From assembly GCA_051362555.1 (NCBI GenBank), contig CM120647.1, forward strand, positions 19,754,651-19,818,650: 64,000 nt of DNA, read 5' to 3'. The position numbers and the translations under genes are program-made. Under the pieces are notes generated by a model, which was given only the letters and a program-made list of their open reading frames with translations, was not told the DNA's origin and did no database searches. This document shows positions 12,182 to 24,923 of the stretch, piece after piece. How positions within the stretch are numbered: position 1 is the stretch's first letter; the number at the start of each line of letters is the position of its first letter. This DNA comes from Lingula anatina (Eukaryota; Animalia; Brachiopoda).

Positions 12182-15100
12182 TTAATTTGCGTTTAGGATG
12201 CCTTCCATTTCTTCATACCTGTGGTTTTCCCTTTTCAGGCACACACATCCTTTTGTTAAGAATACTTTATTAGGCATGCACAGCCTAAGTTTTTCCCCGA
12301 ATTTTTCTAGATCTTGTTCTATTTCATTTTTTTCTTTATTTTCTTCTGCGGGCCACTTAAGTATTATACCAGGTCTACAAAACGTACCGTCCATTAATTT
12401 GAGGATCAATTCATTAGTTTCATCTCTTTCAAGTTCATCTCGCTGGATCTCTTGGAGAATGATTGCAATGATTTTCAATTTTCCTGCGTTCACCTGATGT
12501 TGTGCAACTCCCAAAATGTCTTTGTGTTTCGGTGTAAAATACTTCTCGGAGACGAGCATGATGAACAGTCGACTTTGCATTATTTTTTTATGAAAATTGT
12601 CTTCAAGTACTGAAGCGAGAAAAAAAGTTATGGTGATTCAGTGCATGTTTACTCATTAATAACGATGTAGAGGGGATCAGTTATCTATATGTTCATAATA
12701 TTTTAAGTAGGACTCTATAAAATCATAAAATCTTTTATTTAACTCTGAATGAATACACGCACGGATTCTTGTGCTTAGTGATATGTGTAGAAATCAGAAA
12801 ATAATATTGTGTGAACAAACATACGTTATTATACGAAATAATGGGAAATTTTGTGTTAAGTCGGGAGTGTTTAAAGACGAAAAATGAATTAGAAAGGTAA
12901 ATTACCTTCCGATTAAAATGGACTGTTATTATTATAATCAAAACATTTTTATTAACCGAGAATTAAGTATAAGTATGTATTATATCCACTTACTCCCGAA
13001 GACTTCTTCCCGCAGTACTATTTTGTAATCACCTCGATCTCTTAGGCGTTTAAGCTCGTTTAAGCACTTATTTAGCTTGTTCTTTTCATGCGCATTCCCT
13101 ATTTCTTCTTCTGGCTCTTCTCCATCACCATTCCCTATATCTTCTTCTTGTTGCTCTTCATCTTCTTTGTGGTCATAATAGGAGACAATCGCGTCATACC
13201 TATATGAACCTGTAAAGAACAAACAACCCTGCGTGATGCACTTAGTGCAACCCACACCCCCATAGTCAATCATAGATACTGCCTCTGACTGTGAGTGGTT
13301 CATTCACACAGAAGACATTACAGAGATATGGTGCAAAAGAGAACACACAATTGTGAGTTCAATGTTTTGCTTATATATTCGGAGGTGGTATTTGGTTTTT
13401 TGGATATATACATATTAATATGGAATTAACATGGAATATTTCAGTTCTAAAGGTATACCTAGGTAAAAATGCATTCTTTTCTTAAAAAAAATTCAGATCT
13501 CACATAAGATATCTGACTGGAGAAGTATGAAGTCAGGTGTCTGGCTACCATTTAATTGACTACCAAGTCTGTTGCACTGCTGCATTGTGTAATTTGCAGT
13601 GGTTGAATTGGCTAGTGCTCCTTTGGGCTGGTCAAAGGTTGGCTTTGATGAAGCACGGTTCTGTCATAAAAGTATCCATATGTCGGCAACTACCGTAGGC
13701 CTATCGACGAATTTGACATTTTGCATGCAAACGGTCGGTTTTGTAGTGCTTAAAATGAGTTAAGCAGTGTTTTATAAAAATGTTAAGCTCTGTCAGAATG
13801 ACGCTAAAAAGACAGAAAGTGTCAGACGGATTATTGTGTTAAACGGAATTAATGTTCTGTACAGTTTTATAGAGTAATACCCAGACTGATGTACCTACAC
13901 AGAAACCACGCCCAATGTATCGACATCTTACCACCAGGACACAGGACTCACTCTCCTTCAGGATATGCTGCTGCAATTAAACCAAAACCACCCAGTCCGT
14001 TTTGAATGAGGCACAAATTGTCACCTAAACGCGTTTTTCAAGGCTTTTAGCGAACACCAAAATGGTTTCAGCAGGTTAGAATATCAGGTGACCTCCGAGG
14101 AAGCCACTGTAAACAGCAAAACAGCGTAGTCTGTTTCTCTAATCCCAATCTAGTCCAATTACTAACTGGCCTAGACCACATCCCAATTGCATCGTTAATA
14201 ACATAATGAGCATGTTAATTGACCAAGTAATTAATTGGTGAACTGCCAGTTTGTTTGATTGGCATGTGTAATTAAAAAGGGGATGACATAGATCAAGGCA
14301 TACATTTTGAAACCTACCGGTGAAACAGAAGAAATATAGTTGTATTCATTATAAGTGGTTTGTAAAGTACATCCGAGGACGATACTTTTAAAAATAATTG
14401 CATAAATGTTTAAAGAAAAAGCAGATTGATTTAGTACTTAATATAGGATTTTTAAATTAAAGTTAAGACACCATTTGTTTGTGTGTTATTTATTTAGTTT
14501 TTGTACAGATTATAGGAAAAAGTCTGTTTATTCATGTTTTGTTCAGCTTTTTTTTTTTTTTTTTTTTTGAAAATATTTTTTATCTTTAGGATTAATTACA
14601 AAAAAGAGTAAATTAATAGCTAAACCTCGTTATTTTGCAGGCTAATCTATTTGGTAATTTTTTTCAGGTGAAACAGATTATCATTCTTAAAGGAGGTTTT
14701 GATTAGCTTGATCACAGCCACGGCAACTTGTTGTCCATTTGAATTTTTCACAGCTGATTAATTAAAATTTAATAGATTAATTAATGCCACAAGATTAACC
14801 GACCTGAAATGTGTGACAAACCTTATCAAAGTCACTGTACTGTGATTAAAAGCTGCCTGAAAACGACTGTGAAATGAACAACAGTAGGTTGAAACGTTTG
14901 TATTTGGTATTATTTTTAACATGAAAATAGTTCTTGAATAATATTGCATTAGCATGATACCAATGGATTCCTGATCCTTATTTTCAAAATAAGCCTTCTT
15001 ATCACTGTTTAATAATGTCATAGGTTAACATGTATATTTTTTCACTTGGATAAAATCCACGTTTTTGTTATTTAAATACCGGTTTACTCTTCATAAAATT

Positions 15101-17328
15101 TATACAAATATAAAACTGCTAGCTTTCCCTGCTATGCCCTTGATTAAACATCCTTTACGAGATATTTTAATTAATCTGTATTTTGATATGTCTTTTACAT
15201 TGTATAAGATTTTAAAATTAAAATGTTTTCCCTTTAAATATTTATGCAATAATCTTTAAACATTAACGTCTCATGAATTCAACATTTTATACCTCGATCT
15301 ATGACATCCCCTATTTCACTACACCTTTCATGCAAACAAACTGGCAGCGCACCTGTAAATTAATTGGACAATTTATATGGTCATTTTGCTTTTAACAATG
15401 CAAAGACCATATTGTGATGTGGTCTAGGCTGATTAAGTAGTAAACTTGATTGGGATCTGGCCTGTGACATGTCTACATATATATAATGTGCTCTAAGCCC
15501 GAAAGGTGTTTTTGCCAGTTATGTAAGCATACTTTGTCTTTTTATTACAGATTTGTCTTCTTATTACTTACAGCAACACGGTGAACAGCAAGCCAGTGAA
15601 CAAAGGCAACAGATATCCTTCTTTGTAACACACAAAGCATCATCCCTCACAGGACCTGTCGGAATGAATAAAGAAAATATTAGCAACAATTAGGAATGTG
15701 TTTTCTCTTCAACTTATTTTGACAGTATGTTTTCATAAATAAACTTTCTTATTTCCTGAATGTATTTCTGAAAAGGTTTCCTACTTCCAGTGAAAGTGAA
15801 ACAAACAAGTATTTCGATTTTTAACTATACCAACATAAACTTAAATAAATGCGCGAAGAGTAAAGTAATACGTTGTGTACACGAACATCACATGTCACTA
15901 TTGCAATATTTGGGTAATGAGGCAAATTGCTATAAAATAATATAACAAACAGCATTGCCAGTTGGTGAAAAACATGTAGTTCCACTTCAGAACATAGAGG
16001 TTGTTAGGATGCTTCAGACACCACACTCGAAGACCGGTTGCAATCAGGATAACTAGTGTCAAGGCTATAACCCTCGCTATGATGGCCCATGGCAGGTAAG
16101 AGTTGACAATAGCTGCAATGATAGATGAAATAAAACGAATAATAAATGATGACAAACGTAACATGATGTGCTTTGATATCGAATGATTGAAAACAACAAA
16201 TAATACAATTGATTTATCAATTATGATACCAATAAGTCGTTATAAAATAAGTCTACATTTTATTATTACAGTCTAAGAAATACGTAATGCATCAGTGATA
16301 CATTCAGTTCGATATTTAAAACAAAAAAAAAACAAAAAAACATCTAGTAGTCGACATTTGAACAATGAAAACTGCACGCCATGTTACATCGAATCTGTTT
16401 TTCAAGAACAGTTATATTTGCTCAAACAATACAAATACATTTACATTCACCATTTTTTCACTTATCCGTGAATTACCATTGCCTCATCCTCTGTGCGTGT
16501 GTGTGTGTGTGTTTGTGTGTGTGTCACCACCTACCAGTCGGCAACGGGTTAACATTCTTCACTTCAGCATTACATCGGTCTTCATCACTACAGTAGCATT
16601 CAACACCTTCAAAATCTTCAAACTTTCCCGTTCTGAAGTAACTAAAAAACCTCTCGAATCCTATCATTCTCAAATCCGTTGAGCCTTTTCGCGCGTAATC
16701 CCCAGTCATGTAACGACATCCGTCTCCCTCGGGGCGCTTTGCGGCACAATACCGTAAGCTATAGGCTACCGTATGGTTCTGTGAACATACAAATGATAAA
16801 ATTTGCATAATAATAATAATAAGAAGAACAATAATAATAAAAACGATTTATTTATCTAAATTTGTTCTTGTAGACTTTACAAGAATGCAACGTGAATAAA
16901 AAATATAAAAAGGCTTGTAAACGAAATGTAGCAAAGAGCTACATAATATTTATCACTTTTTGAGATTTTACCATTCTACAAGTACAGTTAAGTTTTTTAC
17001 ATTCAAAAAAAAAAAAAGAATAATAAATAAATAAATAAATAAATGTTAACGCCCCAAAACCCACCCCACCCACCCCTTTGATTACATCATTTCCTACGAC
17101 ATTTTTTGTTTAACTCACCTCCTGTTTATTTATATGTCGAAAAGAAAATCCCATCTGTACACAGCCTTCACTGCACTCGGCGGTCGTGTTCACGGTCGTG
17201 TGGCTGCTATTACAGCGCACGTCTCCTAGTGGACCCAACACACTAACGCCATCTATCTCAAGGTATTTGCAGTCGATGCACAGAATGCCAAGAACTGAAA
17301 TTTAACACTGTGTTGATATCAAATTTAG

Positions 17329-17390
<62 letters not shown>

Positions 17391-17697
17391 CCCCCCTACC
17401 CCATCCGCGGAGTATAAATCTGGATCCGGGCGGTAACTAATTTTGATATGTGGCTCACTGCTTTGTCTGCTCGTTAGCAAGGATAAATAGCATGGGATTT
17501 TTGTTGATATGTTTTTGTCCCAGAAAGAATGGCGTTTGTACACATAAAAGTATCTTTGCTACAATTTCACATGTTTTAGACATGATCAGATGTTAACGAG
17601 ACGTGACTGTTTTATTTGTGACCACGTTAGAGATTACCTTACCTCTGCGGTTGAATGTGACGAGAAGAAACACTGCAGCCGTACACAGCTGTCGCAT
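12182..17697 (-). CDS. Gene A1: signal peptide + Ly6/three-finger domain + TM + Cys-rich linker + TIR domain (about 454 aa)
   Basis: Exons 17697-17643, 17294-17119, 16778-16535, 16112-15951 (weak gtttgt donor, least certain junction), 15655-15572, 13209-12994 and 12609-12182 sum to 1365 nt in frame. The ectodomain has 10 Cys (ILCIDC...ECYCSDEDRCN). TM is WAIIARVIALTLVILIATGL. TIR motifs are YDAIVSY, SRLFIMLVSEKY and LKWP...KLRLCMP. Confidence 0.8.
14142..15457. mobile_element. Non-autonomous DNA transposon (MITE-like) in an A1 intron
   Basis: Long imperfect terminal inverted repeats: atcccaatc...cctagaccacatc...ctgccagtttgtttg...ggggatgacatagatc on the left, and gatctatgacatcccc...caaacaaactggcag...gatgtggtctagg...gattgggat on the right. 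No ORF. Confidence 0.7.
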
Positions 17698-18310
17698 GCT
17701 GGGTGTTAAATGCATTAAGCCACAGAGCAAAGAAAGTGCATGTAGTACACGTTTTTACTTCGAATCAATGCGCCTATAATACCAGCCATTGAATAAGACA
17801 TTGATTTACTATACAAATAAATTGAAGTGTCTTTTAAAACGCTCCCCCCGGTTGCAGTAATTGTGTTTTTTAGCGAAATAATTAGAACCAGTTAATCTAC
17901 TTTATTGATTTTTGGTTTTTTACTATTAATACTTGACGAGGCGTATTTACATAAGATAACGACATTTTCTACCGGTTATTGAACATTTCAACCACAGTAG
18001 GTCGGTTTTCATGTCATTACCTATACGCTGTAGACAGCTGGTTGAGAACAATGGGTTCGATTTTTTTAACAATCATACTTAAGAGTCGGGGAAAATAAAC
18101 ACAAAGCTTCACACAATGTTTCGCCATACCATATGATGTTTATTCATTCAAAATTATTTCAATAACGTGCAAATAAAAAGTATAGTTGTAACATAAGTGG
18201 TATATGTCATTGGCAGGGAAATAAGAACTTTTCTCAACGATTCTGTGCAACCGATTTTCAGTTCCACATACAGCCTGTTTGATGCAAACATAGACAAAGA
18301 TATATCAATA

Positions 18311-19155
18311 TCACTCGCCCCCGTTGCCATTAATCTCAACATCTAATTCAATTTGTTCTTGGTGCAGTCCGTCTCTATCAGCTCTTTCAGCTTGGTTTTC
18401 AAGCATTGGCATGAAGTCCACGATGTCATTAAAAAACTTATCCATAGCGTCTTCATTGGGTTTTTCAAAACGCGGCTGTTTCATTAGTTCTCTTACAGAC
18501 GCATATTGTTTATTTTGTTTCAGTTTGCGGTCGAAATCTTCCAAAATTATTGGAATTATTCTTATTTTGTCGTCGTTTAGCTTTTTCCTTGCTCTTCCAC
18601 ATTGGTCATTCACGCCTTCCATTTCAAAATACCGCGGTGAGACGATCATGATGAACCGACTGCTGGCTTCAATGCCAATGTCTTCCTTTTCTGGAAATAC
18701 ACAAAATGTACAAATTTGAATGATTTACTCTGATAATAAACACACACACATACAGCGTGTATTGTTTGAGAACAATGGTCGAGGGTTACTACCCTGTGCT
18801 TCAAACTCCTCTTTCAAACCCAAAAATAATGGAAAACTTTCAACATTAAAAAAGCAGCTTACGTATGGACTTCAATCTTATGGCTGCAAATAAACACATT
18901 TGTTAACTACACGAGTTGAGCATTTGTATCTTTCATTAATATGAAATTCCGCTTACGTCTTGCAATATCCCCGACCCTTTCGTCGGGTTTATATATTCTA
19001 AAACCACGGCGTTCCAACTCTGGTATTAGCCTCCCTTTCACAAACGCTTTGTCCTCTTTTGCGTACTCATTGTACGAAATAAAGGCATGATAGTAGAATC
19101 CTAGAAAATAGAGACGCTTGATATTAGAGCATGACAGAGTTAAATCATGGAGTTG

Positions 19156-19250
<95 letters not shown>

Positions 19251-22200
19251 GTAAGAATTAAGTTCAAATCTATAAATTAAAAGATAATAACAGGGTATCA
19301 ACCAAAAAGAATTTAACCATTTTCTCACAATCAACAGACTGAAAGATTTTAATATTAAGATTTAATTTTAATATAAAGTTTTAATTCTTCATCCAACAAA
19401 CAGTATTCAGGGTAAACCCTGCAGGCGCAAATGGTCTGTAAGCATTTCACCTTCTTAACTAACCCCTTTTTAGTTTTAACAACAATATTTAAACTCTCAT
19501 AAATGTTCGACGTTACCAAGATGAAACAACATACGAATATTGTATATTAATCCATTTTTTCATTGAGAAACTCAACACGTTTTGACAGCACATATTACCA
19601 CAACGTTTAACGTTCTGCAGAATGCTTCCTGGTGACTGACTCTCAATTAAAGAATTGCTTTAATTTACCGTCATAGATGTCGAATATTACCTTTTATTTC
19701 ACCGGTTTCTCTCCACTCATCTGAAAGAGTTATGGCAGAGAGCGTTAACATAAATATGAATCATTAGAAATCTGAACATGGATATTGAAGGACAATTTTT
19801 GTATTAAATACGTTGTTATAGATACGAAACATTTGACGATGGCGGGAGTTTCAGACAGGGTTTAAGTCATACAGCATGCTGTTTAAAAACAGAAACATAA
19901 TCTAAAAACAGTTGTCCGTCTTATTGAGTTTCCTTCAGTCTTAACTTTAATATCTGGTCTTAAACCACTATGAAATAAGAAATTAAAATAAAACAGAATC
20001 CATGTCTGTTTTTCTCTACCTTTTTCTCTACCAACGCGTTTGGACAACATTTGTCAGTATACAAAATGCAAATCACTATTGTCTTATAACGCTAAGGGTT
20101 ATCGTTAACGGCAGCTATTTTTTACCTTCGGCGTCTCCTTCTTTCAAATCATCTGGAACAATTCAAGCAACGATTACATAATAACAATAATAATAATAAT
20201 TTTCCATTAAATGTTATAAAATTAAATTTGTTAAAATATTAGTTAAAATTATTTACAAAACTGATGACAAACACTGGGCGAATTAAAAGTTTTAGTCTTG
20301 CAACCTGAAACCTTCTAGAAAGCATTTTAGATACAGATGGTGGAAATGACAATGAGGCCTTCGAGCTGTTTTCTTGAAAATGAAATCATGAAAAATATAC
20401 GCATGCACAATTAGAAAACAAAATAGCGAACAGCAATTGTCAAACGCCAAGATCTTATTCACGTTGAAATCAAAGTTGCAAATCTTGTAGTGCCTGACCA
20501 CGGCGTGAGAAAATAAACTTACTATCGCCTTCAAAATTTCTCGTTCTTGCAGTCAACTTTACTCTAAGAATTATGCCTTTCCGTAGTGCCCAGATAAAAA
20601 CTATTGGTGCTGAAACTATGATAACGATGCCCACGGAAGCACAAGGAATGATGATATTCAACGCAGGTCTCACACTGGGGATGGCTGCAATTAATGTAAA
20701 ATAAATATAAACTAAGTTTAAAAACTGAATTCATACATATACACAATCCGTATTATTGCGATGTGTAATTATGTAGGACAGTATGTTGAATCGAATATTT
20801 TGCAAAGGAAAAACATTTGTTACATACTGCACCGGTATTGTTAGGCTACAGAGGTGTAAATGCCGACGATTTTCTTATACTTAAAAATTATATTGCATTT
20901 CATAAGGACAGTAGTTGACTTAAAATTATTTGAAGGCAGTTAAAGATTATTTCAACACCACCTCCTCACGTGGCACCATAGGGTTCCTTTGACAAAGATA
21001 TCGAACAAACTTGTGGTGTTGCAGTTTTTGTTTCATCCTTTAGTTCATTTCTAAAAATCATCACCGGTACTTGAACGCAAGGGTCGACTATTGGAATTAT
21101 AGAGACACTATAGCCGATAATACAATGTAACTGTCAGCTGTAATCAAAGCAAAATCAAAAGAAAAGAGCCGCTTAGGAAAAACACACAATGCCTACCCGT
21201 TGGGAGTGGGCCCAAATTAATGATATCTTTATTACACATATCACCGTCATTGCAGAAGCATTCTTTTCCCTGGATGTCCACGATAGTGAAATACTGAAAT
21301 ATAGGTAGCAGTTGATGTACGTCCGAAACAGCTTTGTGACTCAGTTCCTGAAACAATGGACTCTGCGCATCATTCGACATATCCCGACATCCGGGGGTCA
21401 CCAGGAGCTCCACTGCGCAGGACCGGAAGTAAATTGTCATGTTCACAGCTTTGTTTACCTAAAGAAAAAAATGACAATTTATAACAATTTACTCTTGATT
21501 TCTTTTTTCTCTTTATTCTCTTCGCGAGTAGGTGTTTCTTTAAAAATCGGTATGCCATTAATTACATGTATGTTGCAACCACTTCATATTACATGTAAAT
21601 ATGTATAGGGCTTACATGCACTTGTGGTAATGAAAACGCTTACTAAAATGTGAGCCAACTTTCATAATAAATAGAGCCAGCCAGACTTTGTCACCTCTAA
21701 TCTTTTATCTTAGCAGGCCCAAATATATGAAAGACACATATTTACCGATTCGTACACGGTTACCATGCTAACTTGGAACTGGATACATGCTTCGCTGCAA
21801 TTTCTGGTGACATTTATAGCGGTCGGGCTGTCCATGCAGCGGGGGTCAGCTTGTAAAGCTCGGTTCATAAGGGCTATGGCACTCGTCTCATTACCCTCCA
21901 GATACATACAATCTACGCACTGTAGTGCTCCTTGAAAAAAATAACACGATGATAAGACGTTAATATAAAGACCAGCTATAGTTCTATGTTAGATAAGAAG
22001 TGCCTTCTTCAGGACTTCTCCGTGGATTATTCTGAATTTTTAGCAGGCACACTTGTACAAGCAGGCACACAAGCAGAAAACTTTAACAGATGTGGCAGCA
22101 ACACCAGTCTAACAGAACCAGTTTGGTTGCTTGTGCATAGCATTAAAATCGGTCGTTTTATACAATTTGTTTTAAGCCATATTCGCCCAAGGTTCTAATG

Positions 22201-23160
22201 AAATGAAAACGAATATATCAAAATAGCCGTAATTAATAATTGCGGCAGAGATGTGGTTTCTCGGGAGAATTATGAGATTATCTTGGACAGAGAGAATAAC
22301 AAATCAGGAAGTTTTGGAGAGAGCAAGAACAAAGCGTTTCCTTCTAAAAAGCATACGAAAGAGACAGTTGGAATTTTTAGGACACGTAATGCGGAAGGAA
22401 GAGCTGGAACATCTTAGTGTGACAGGCAAGATCAATGGAAAGCGAAGCAGGGGCGAAGCAGGGGCAGGCAAAGATTAACCTGGGAAAACATGTCCTATGG
22501 ACGTGCATTCCCTGGAATGTACTGTCCTACCCGGACCTAGATTCCCAGCTGTATCTTTACGCAGCTAGGACATGTATTCCTGTCGGACATAATTTCCTTT
22601 CACAGTCTAGCTGGGAAAATACGTCCGACTAGGACATCGATACCTGTCTGCAGGACTTAGAATACTAAGTAATGGGTGTCCCCTGGACGTTAGATCCCAG
22701 GAAATTATGTCCTAAGACATGCGTTCCGAGGAATGGAAGAGCCAGGACATGCATTCATAGGACTTTGTGTCCGCAGGACATTCATTCCTAGGAATACATG
22801 TCCTACGGACATGCATTACGGCGGACATCCATTCCCTTCACACCGGCGGCACATGTAGCATTCATAGAACACATTCAGAACAGCGGACTATTGAAAAGCT
22901 TGCCGCTTAATTCTCGATTAGACACTGAATAGATTCCCAGCGGGGATTACGCAATAAGCATTCAAGTGGGGCGGCCATATTTGATCGGCCATATTTGATT
23001 CGGTTAGTCCGCTGTTCTGAATGCGGTCATACATGTACTAACAAACATGCAACTTTTGTTATCTTTTAGTTTCGTAAAAAGCCTCACGTTTTTACTGGTA
23101 CTTACCAACATTCGGAATAACTATAAAATATAAAAGACAAAAAGCCTGCCATAAGTTCAT
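18311..23160 (-). CDS. Gene B1: signal peptide + Ly6/three-finger domain + TM + TIR domain (414 aa)
   Basis: Exons 23160-23106, 21930-21746, 21458-21197, 20684-20523, 20152-20126, 19720-19691, 19100-18957 and 18690-18311 are all GT-AG and give a 1245-nt open frame. The ectodomain has 10 Cys (LQCVDC...ECFCNDGDMCN). TM is IIIPCASVGIVIIVSAPIVFIWAL. TIR reads YHAFISYNEYAKEDKAFVKGRLIPELERRGFRIY...SSRFIMIVSPRY...IIPIILE...KFFNDIVDFMP. Confidence 0.9.
22240..22460 (+). mobile_element. RTE-clade LINE 3' fragment in B1 intron 1
   Basis: AAEMWFLGRIMRLSWTERITNQEVLERA...IRKRQLEFLGHVMRKEELE...GKINGKRSRG is typical of the RTE ORF C-terminus. Confidence 0.85.
22478..22845. repeat. Degenerate tandem array of self-complementary GGACATGCATTCC/TAGGAAT-like units, probably a MITE interior
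   Basis: The ggac(a/g)tgcattcc, tgtcct and aggaca motifs recur throughout. The array is absent from the paralogous B3 intron. Confidence 0.6.
22873..23023. mobile_element. Small MITE-like element
   Basis: Perfect inverted repeat CATTCAGAACAGCGGACTA / TAGTCCGCTGTTCTGAATG about 150 bp apart. Confidence 0.65.
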
Positions 23161-24923
23161 TACGGATTCTTAGTTCTCACACTTCAAGAACTGACACTGC
23201 AGCAAATTTATTCTTGTACATGTACTAGTATGCGTGCGCATATTGCAATGTAAATATCGACTAATACCAATCGAAAAAAACTGAGCGCGGTTTGAAAAAC
23301 GAACTTCATTCAGATCGACCCGAGAGGTTTACAATTGCGCAATCAATAAAATGATTGCGGGCCAAATTGGTCCGCTTTCACATTGAAATCTACGTAAACA
23401 TATACATGTCAGGGACCATTCCCAGACCCTATCGTACTAACTGTGGATCTATCTATCTCCAAGGGGATTCTCGCTAAATTGCAATCAACTTAGGCGGAAC
23501 AGATGTCTGGCACGCCTACTGGAGGTGCTAGGGGGTTATTAATTATCGTATAGCAGCTTCAGTACACTTGCCAGACATCTAAGCCGCTTAAGCAGAAAGT
23601 AATTTAGCGAGAAAAGCCTAGGAAATGGATCGATACTGTTAGATCGATCTAGGTGTGCGAGCCAAGTCTAATTCTTAACAATGTTTACGAAAGAACTAAA
23701 ACGTCTGAATTAAGTCTTTCAGTTTGATGATCGATTTGCCTCCCCACTGTGCAGGGTTGTATTTGATCGTTAAAATTCCACTATCAATGACAGAACGACC
23801 TTCGGGTCATGTTATCTTATACGTTCAGAGCGCTGAAGGTTTTATTTCGGTTTTTGTTTCATTCGCAGACAATTGACAAATAACTTGATTTTCGGTTGAA
23901 TTACTCCTCGCATTAAGTCCGACAATTTCCATTGTGCACATTTGTTATTCAAAACCACATTATAAATATGGTTGGAGACTTTCACGAGTTGTCTACGGGA
24001 TTTAATATGTAAGATTCAGATTCTGATCTTAAATCTAATATGTAAGATCCTGAAAATATCTATCCATTCTTTCACCCATTTATCTAATCTAATCGGTGGA
24101 TCCCAGATTTACAGGTATACCGGTATTCAACAAAGTATTTCTTAAATTATGATAGTGTTTTTATTACTTCACTCAATCTAAATCAACACTGTTTTAAGCT
24201 CATTCAACAACAACACAAAACGCCATGAGACGGAATAGAGACAATTATAATCACATTTGTTAGGTTAAGAACCACCCCAGCATTAGCTACATGTGCATTT
24301 ACAGTGTATGTTGCACAATCTACACGCATCCTGTCCTATACGATATTGAAATATTTGAATGCAAATAATTTGGCTGTCGTTAAAAAAGGATATAATTGTA
24401 GCGGAGAACGTATTGACACGGAATGCTAACAAATAAACACTCCCAACTAAAGCATCGGTCATGCAGTTTCAAACAAAAAACTTCCAGTGACTGACATCTT
24501 TGTTTCAGTACTCTCATGGACACATGCACACATATTACCCTATCAGTATTATTTATTAATTAACCAAATGATGGATTGAAACCAGAATATGAAGCCCATT
24601 TCTCGCATATATATATATATATATAAACAAATGATGGATTGAAATAAGAATAAGTAGCCCATTTCTCCCCTATTCATTTACAGAATTTGGAGTTCACTCA
24701 GTGATTAACAGAAACATGACATAGTCAGAAAATTAACGAACGTAGATATTTCTAAATCTTCAAGATGCATGTATATATAGAATATATTATCTTTGTTATA
24801 AGTGCTACGGGATGAAGTATTTTCTGATGCAACAGTATGGTCCAAAAGAGATAGGCAGTGCATAAAAGTCACATATACAGGTAAGTGCACATGAATAAAC
24901 TATACTTGAAACTAATCGTCATC

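Noticed and set aside
18324-18719. Plus-strand ORFs opposite TIR and LU exons (also 12198, 21312, 25021, 35494, 55827)
   Set aside because: They are antisense shadows of the real minus-strand exons.
22478-22845. Palindromic repeated units as a possible CRISPR-like array
   Set aside because: The context is a eukaryotic intron, the repeats are degenerate without unique constant-length spacers, and there are no cas genes.
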